Part shown: piece by piece, positions 15,335-20,000 of the stretch | How the letters are laid out: each line of letters begins with the position of its first letter | Numbering within the stretch: position 1 is the stretch's first letter | Assembly: GCA_964389675.1 (NCBI GenBank) | Contig: CAYMEV010000009.1 | Span: forward strand, 108,310-128,309 | Reading direction: 5' to 3' | Length of the DNA stretch: 20,000 nucleotides | From: an uncultured Candidatus Sumerlaeota bacterium | GTDB lineage: Bacteria > CAYMEV01 | The notes under the pieces: model-generated | What the model was told of the DNA's origin: nothing | Seen by the model: the letters and a program-made list of their open reading frames with translations, nothing else | Database searches by the model: none | Program-made: the position numbers and the translations under genes

Positions 15335-17059
15335 CTATGATGACAGGTAGGAATCAAATACAAGCCTTTTATTCCCAAGATGTTCATATCTATAATCTCT
15401 GTACCTGTTCACTCTTGAAAGTATTATATCCAGATTCTTTCTTTTTTTAAGAATTATTTTAATGCTTTCAGCACTTATTTCTATTCTTCCTGCATTGGAG
15501 AGGCAGGTATCAAAGATTTCTTCATCTTCCATATACATATCCATATCCCTGATAAAAAGCCTGTATATATTGTGCGAAAGAACTGTCATTAAAAAATCAA
15601 ACCTGACATCAATATCCATCGATAAATAATCCTTATTGAGATGAAAAAGCATAATCTGCTTTTTTACCGGTTTTTTATTCAGGTATTTCTCAAAATATAT
15701 CTGTGCTATTCTCTTCTTTTCAGTAAAAAAATCGTTTGTCAGAATTGATACCTTTGCTGAACTGTTCCTGTACAGGATATTAAGGTGCCTGAGCTTATGC
15801 TCTACCGGACTGTCTATTGGATTATATCCCGGATATAGAAGCTTCTCTTCATATACAAATATTTCAGGATTTCTTTCTTTGGAATTTTCATATAGATGAA
15901 TATGGCTCATCAGAGGCAGATCAAGGTCCTTTCCAGTTGTCTTCCCGCCTGCCGTGGGATAAAACCTGTAGAACCTGATTCCATGCCTGTTCAGCTTTCC
16001 GAGATTTTCATGATCTGCCAATGAATAGTCAAAAGCCATGTATTTTGCAAAACTTTTTTTATCCTCAGAACGGCCGTACAGTTCTGCAAACATAAAGGCT
16101 TCCCTGTACAAATCCGGATAACTGCCCGGGTCTTTATACAGATCAATTATCTCCGTTTCGCTGTCATAGGAAAAAACAAGCAGTCTTTCTGTCAGCTGCT
16201 TTTTGCTGTATTCTGAAGGCATCCTCCAGCAGGGTATATTTATGGTATCTATGGTCACATGGCTCCCTAAAAGGCCCTTTTTAAGCCATAATGAGTGCAT
16301 CTTGACCAGGAGATCAAAAGTATATTTATTTTGCAGCTTCTCAGAATAGGATGTAAACCAGTATGGTCTGGGAAGGACTGATAGCCCTGCAAACAACCCC
16401 AGTCCCCTGTCCATGGAAAAAAGCTCTTCAGAGCTTTGCCTGTTCAGTTTGGACAGTTTCAGCGCAAGAAATGACATTATTATAGACATTTTTGAAAATC
16501 CGGGCATATCAGGCAAAATAGAATCATTTATGATTTTATCTATCCCGTATAGCTTAACATAGGGTATTAAAAGAAGTATACCGATATTTGAGCTTTGAAA
16601 GGCCTCCGGGGAAAAATCCAGGCTTATGCTGACTGACTCTTTTACAGCAGTTTTTTCAGACCTCTTTCTTTTTTTAAGCTTCTGAAAGCCCTCTTTTTTT
16701 AATAATCTGTAGCAATAGCTTTCTGATACCACACAGCCCCTTGCATCAAGTATGGACTTTATCTCCTGGATGGAGAAACCCTCTTTCCTCAGTGAGATAA
16801 TCTCCTTCTTTATGTCATCGCTTATCCTTTTTGTTCTCTTTCCGGGTGATTTAACCTTGAAAAAATAATCATCCCGGGGATTAGTTTTCAAAAAAGCCTT
16901 GAATTCTCGCAGAAGAGAATAGAAAGATGACTGAGTATAGCCATATTTTTCTGCTACAACGGATGCAGGCAGATTATTCAGGTAATACTCCCTGAGTGCT
17001 TCATATTTCTTCTGTGAAGCGCTTCTGTATTTTCTGAAATATTCTTTCGGCTGAACCAT
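15335..17059 (-). CDS. Transposase-derived protein (two HTH regions plus a degenerate DDE core), probably non-catalytic
   Basis: N-terminal QKKYEALR...VAEKYGYT HTH and a second HTH IISLRKEGFSIQEI...SESYCYRLLKKEGF. Motifs DRGLGLFAGL.VLP, AFDY, ILTND, FHLN, V.FD..MT.L.HNIYR and LGNKRL.F are typical of a large, poorly classified IS4-superfamily-like DDE transposase group. No terminal repeats seen. Confidence 0.75.
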   Translation of the reverse strand: MVQPKEYFRKYRSASQKKYEALREYYLNNLPASVVAEKYGYTQSSFYSLLREFKAFLKTNPRDDYFFKVKSPGKRTKRISDDIKKEIISLRKEGFSIQEIKSILDARGCVVSESYCYRLLKKEGFQKLKKRKRSEKTAVKESVSISLDFSPEAFQSSNIGILLLIPYVKLYGIDKIINDSILPDMPGFSKMSIIMSFLALKLSKLNRQSSEELFSMDRGLGLFAGLSVLPRPYWFTSYSEKLQNKYTFDLLVKMHSLWLKKGLLGSHVTIDTINIPCWRMPSEYSKKQLTERLLVFSYDSETEIIDLYKDPGSYPDLYREAFMFAELYGRSEDKKSFAKYMAFDYSLADHENLGKLNRHGIRFYRFYPTAGGKTTGKDLDLPLMSHIHLYENSKERNPEIFVYEEKLLYPGYNPIDSPVEHKLRHLNILYRNSSAKVSILTNDFFTEKKRIAQIYFEKYLNKKPVKKQIMLFHLNKDYLSMDIDVRFDFLMTVLSHNIYRLFIRDMDMYMEDEEIFDTCLSNAGRIEISAESIKIILKKRKNLDIILSRVNRYRDYRYEHLGNKRLVFDSYLSS

Positions 17060-17065
17060 ATTTAA

Positions 17066-17093
17066 TCTATATAATTACAGCCGAAAAGGTCAA
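17066..17093 (-). promoter_or_regulatory. Candidate leaderless promoter of the transposase-derived gene
   Basis: TTGACC (17093-17088), N16, TATAGA (17071-17066), 6 nt, then ATG (17059). No SD sequence. Confidence 0.45.
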
Positions 17094-17171
17094 TATATTT
17101 GTATATTCAGTTATTTTTTCTTGTTTTTTTTTTAACACAGTATATTTTTTAGCTGAAATACGGGCTATATT

Positions 17172-18614
17172 ATGAAAATTGAAAAGATTTTATTGATCAA
17201 TCCGCCATACAGCTATGAAAAACAGCTTGGCTTTCTATCGCACAATTCCCCAAAGGTACCTCCAATGGGGCTTTTATCCATAGGTTCCTATGCTAAGCAT
17301 AATGGATATTCTGTCAGGATACTGGATGCCCAGACCCTTAATCTGAATGACAATGACATTTTGACCGAAATCAAATCCTGCAGGCCTGATCTTGTAGGGT
17401 TTACAGCCGTTACACTTAATATATCCGATGCATCACGCCTTGCAAAGAAGATAAAGGATAATTATCCCGGAATAATTACTGTAGTTGGCGGGATCCATGT
17501 AAGCGCACTTCCGGAAAAGACACTGGGAAAATACCCCTATTATGATTATATTGTACTGGGGGAAGGTGAAATAACCTTTTATGAGCTTCTAAATGCTCTT
17601 AATCAGGACCTTGATATCCATAATGTTGCAGGGTTAGCCTACCTTGATGAACATGGCAGATATTTCAGCACCGGAGCAAGGAAATTCATAGCCGACCTTG
17701 ATTCTCTGCCTGCTGAAGACTGGGAATTAATAGAAGGTCTGAACAGGACATACCATCCTGCACTTCCCCTTATCAAAAAGCTTCCAAGTGCCACTCTTAT
17801 AACAGGAAGAGGCTGCATAGGCAGGTGTATTTTCTGCTCCACTAATTTCCTTGAGGGGAAAAAGCTCAGAATATTTTCTGCTGACAGGGTTTTAAGCAAT
17901 ATAGATATTTTATACAATAAGTATGGTATAAGGGACATCAGCTTTTATGACGTTAATTTCATGGTTAACAGGAAAAGGTTCTTCAGGATCACAGAGACCA
18001 TAAAAGAAAGATTCCCTGAGCTTACATGGTCAGGGTATGCAAGAGTGGACTGTGTCGATCTGGAAATGCTCAAACAGGCAAAAAGAACAGGCTGCTATCA
18101 TATAAGCTATGGGATTGAGTCAGGAAATGAGGAAATTCTCAGGTTTATAAAGAAGGGCATAACAAAGGATAAAGTAAGGCAGGTGATAAACTGGACGAGA
18201 CAGGCAGGTCTCACGACAAGAGGCCTGTTTATGTTCGGCCATCCCACCGAAACCAAAAAAACCCTGCAGGATACACTTGATTTCATCCTTGAGCTGAAGC
18301 TTGATGATTTTCATTCAACACTATTTACACCCCTGCCCGGCACTGATATTTATTATACAGCATCTGAATATGGTCAGTTCAATGAAGACTGGGATAAAAT
18401 GAATATATTCAACTGCCTTTTCATCCCTGAAGGCCTTGATAAAAAGACCCTGGAAAAATATCAGAAGAAGGCATATACATCCTTTTATTTAAGGCCCGGG
18501 GCCTTACTGAACAAATTAAGGAATTTGATCACCAACAGGTATGGCTTAAAGATACTGTTCTACGGAGGATTGTCAATGCTGTACCTGATGTTCTCAAAAA
18601 GGAATAACGGCTGA
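17172..18614 (+). CDS. Cobalamin-binding radical SAM protein (BchE / class B methyltransferase-like)
   Basis: N-terminal B12-binding domain (LLINPP, PPMGLLSI, VGGIHVS, GEGE). CxxxCxxC in GRGCIGRCIFC. GIESGN, FMFGHP.ET and TPLPGT. Confidence 0.93.
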   Translation: MKIEKILLINPPYSYEKQLGFLSHNSPKVPPMGLLSIGSYAKHNGYSVRILDAQTLNLNDNDILTEIKSCRPDLVGFTAVTLNISDASRLAKKIKDNYPGIITVVGGIHVSALPEKTLGKYPYYDYIVLGEGEITFYELLNALNQDLDIHNVAGLAYLDEHGRYFSTGARKFIADLDSLPAEDWELIEGLNRTYHPALPLIKKLPSATLITGRGCIGRCIFCSTNFLEGKKLRIFSADRVLSNIDILYNKYGIRDISFYDVNFMVNRKRFFRITETIKERFPELTWSGYARVDCVDLEMLKQAKRTGCYHISYGIESGNEEILRFIKKGITKDKVRQVINWTRQAGLTTRGLFMFGHPTETKKTLQDTLDFILELKLDDFHSTLFTPLPGTDIYYTASEYGQFNEDWDKMNIFNCLFIPEGLDKKTLEKYQKKAYTSFYLRPGALLNKLRNLITNRYGLKILFYGGLSMLYLMFSKRNNG

Positions 18615-18656
18615 TATAACCAGCCCTGTATGTACCGCCGTTCTGCTTAAGTTTCC

Positions 18657-18688
18657 GAGGGCAACAGCGCCGTGCTGCTGTTACCCTC
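18657..18688. other. GC-rich stem-loop between convergent genes
   Basis: Minus-strand RNA GAGGGUAACAGC, 8-nt loop, GCUGUUGCCCUC: a 12-bp stem with one U.G pair. No U-tract on either side. Confidence 0.65.
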
Positions 18689-18694
18689 TGCTTC

Positions 18695-20000
18695 CTACTC
18701 CTCGACCAGGTTTACAACTACATAAAGCACATCCCCGCCGATTCTCTCATATTCATTTTCAGAAATTTTCTTTTCCAGATAGAGCTCATGAACAACATAA
18801 CTGCATAAGGATTCAGGAAAGGTCATTGTCACTGTCTCTTTATGCAGATCGGGAAGATCAGATATCGGAATGGTCCAGTTCCAGGCAGGGCTTACCTTAT
18901 CCAGGGTATTTTGAATTTGCACCCTTACATCTTTTGTTTTATCATACAGGTAATAGACAGGTTCCTGCAGGTCCTCCCATGTCCCGTTGTTTATTACCTT
19001 AAAATCAATGCTGTAGGAAACTCCCATGTCCTTAATTATAGGATACCTTTCCATGCACCTGATGGCATTATTTTCAAAATAGCTTCTCCTGTAATCATCT
19101 GGATATGTATAATACATACCGTATTTCCAGTCCTGTTCTTCATCAAAAAACCTCTCATTTATACAGTTATTGAATTCAACAAGGTTATCTTGATTAAATA
19201 CAGGAGCATCGTAATTTATAATGGAGGAATACTTGTTATTATATCCTGCCCCGAATAGCGAGGCTATACCTGCGATCCGTTCAACCCTGTCCGCATTCTG
19301 GTCATAGTGATTGTCCGTATCTCCGTCGCTATCAATTATAAAAAAACTGGACACATTCTCTAATCCCTGTTGCTGGTACCAAGTATCCTCTCTTGTCCTG
19401 TTAAGTGCATCAAGAATATAATCCTTCTCAGCATTTTCCCATGCTGTATAGTCTCCATTATATGGAGGGCCGTCGGGGTCATCAAGCTGCCAGTTATCAT
19501 AATCGCCTGCAGTATTAGACGCATGGATAGATACAATGTCTATCATCCTGTCTGCTCCCTGGTCCAGAAGAAACAGGCCTCTTCTGGCATAAGGCTCTCC
19601 TTGGGCATTAAATGCCACCAGCGCTTTGGGCCTTTCTTCCTTTATCCATTTAGCGATCTGATAGCTCCATCTTGCTGAGAGGTTGTAGGGCTGACGATTG
19701 GTTTGGGCTATTACTTTTTTAGGCTCATTCTCTATCTCAAATATTACATTCCAGCAGTCATCAGGTATACTATGAACTACCCTCTTTACATAATCCCGCT
19801 GTATTCCTCCCAATGCATTCAAACGCTTATCCTTAAATTCTATATATGTTCCGAACATATCCTCCTGCCATTCCCAGATATTATAAAAGCATTTGTCTGT
19901 CTCTTCATCAATTTCTTGATCTTGAGGATATGGAGACCCAGTTCGCGGAAGATATGCGTCCGTTACATAATTATTTCTCTGAGGGTTCCATGCTGAGTAT
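18695..20000 (-). CDS. Putative glycoside hydrolase-like (GH-A / GH5-like TIM barrel) protein with C-terminal beta-sandwich; 5' end outside the window
   Basis: The frame stays open upstream of ATG 19858 to the window edge (YSAWNPQRNNY...WEWQED). QRDYVKRVV...NVIFEIENEP resembles a GH-A acid/base motif, followed by DIVSIH. The C-terminal beta-rich region begins YSIDFKVINNG. Confidence 0.55.
   Translation of the reverse strand, partial: YSAWNPQRNNYVTDAYLPRTGSPYPQDQEIDEETDKCFYNIWEWQEDMFGTYIEFKDKRLNALGGIQRDYVKRVVHSIPDDCWNVIFEIENEPKKVIAQTNRQPYNLSARWSYQIAKWIKEERPKALVAFNAQGEPYARRGLFLLDQGADRMIDIVSIHASNTAGDYDNWQLDDPDGPPYNGDYTAWENAEKDYILDALNRTREDTWYQQQGLENVSSFFIIDSDGDTDNHYDQNADRVERIAGIASLFGAGYNNKYSSIINYDAPVFNQDNLVEFNNCINERFFDEEQDWKYGMYYTYPDDYRRSYFENNAIRCMERYPIIKDMGVSYSIDFKVINNGTWEDLQEPVYYLYDKTKDVRVQIQNTLDKVSPAWNWTIPISDLPDLHKETVTMTFPESLCSYVVHELYLEKKISENEYERIGGDVLYVVVNLVEE

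Noticed and set aside
15294-17171. Intact, active IS element around the transposase-like ORF
   Set aside because: No terminal inverted repeats or target duplication are visible in the short flanks, and the catalytic Glu motif appears degenerate.
19856-19868. ATG at 19858 as the true start of the last ORF
   Set aside because: GGAGG is only 2 nt from the ATG, and the frame is open and protein-like up to the window edge.
184-19996. Many short ORFs in the track (e.g. 198-425, 684-932, 2307-2783, 2968-3423, 9667-10236, 13775-14119, 18842-19258)
   Set aside because: They are antisense or off-frame shadows of well-supported genes and have no recognisable motifs.
1-20000. tRNA, rRNA, riboswitch (including a cobalamin riboswitch before the B12 radical SAM gene) or CRISPR array
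   Set aside because: Intergenic regions are short (230 nt or less) and mostly AT-rich. No cloverleaf, B12 box or repeat-spacer periodicity was seen.

Overview
AT-rich bacterial chromosomal window, probably from an anaerobic diderm (inference), with densely packed, mostly minus-strand genes. The left half (1-10756) is housekeeping. It holds the 5' parts of a NuoE/NuoF-like (HydC/HydB-type) NADH oxidoreductase operon, then a tightly coupled operon: dual-domain ThyX, DUF4438-like protein, trxB, class I aminotransferase, GlcD-like FAD oxidoreductase, UPF0104 flippase-like protein and holA. A TPR/BamE-like lipoprotein and rpsT follow. The right half holds accessory genes: a secreted hypothetical, an amidase, a TlpA-like lipoprotein, a serine hydrolase lipoprotein, a transposase-derived ORF, a B12-dependent radical SAM enzyme and a truncated GH-A-like protein. 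The most interesting feature is an intact 574-aa transposase-derived gene. Its HTH-bearing N-terminal half looks conserved, but it appears to have lost the catalytic Glu, shows no IS ends, and has a candidate leaderless promoter divergent from the radical SAM gene. It is a candidate domesticated transposase. Two other likely pseudo-enzymes are present: a TlpA with DxxS in place of CxxC, and a possible PLC/P1-fold protein lacking Zn ligands. No rRNA, tRNA or CRISPR array was seen. All family assignments are from motif recognition by eye, not database searches.
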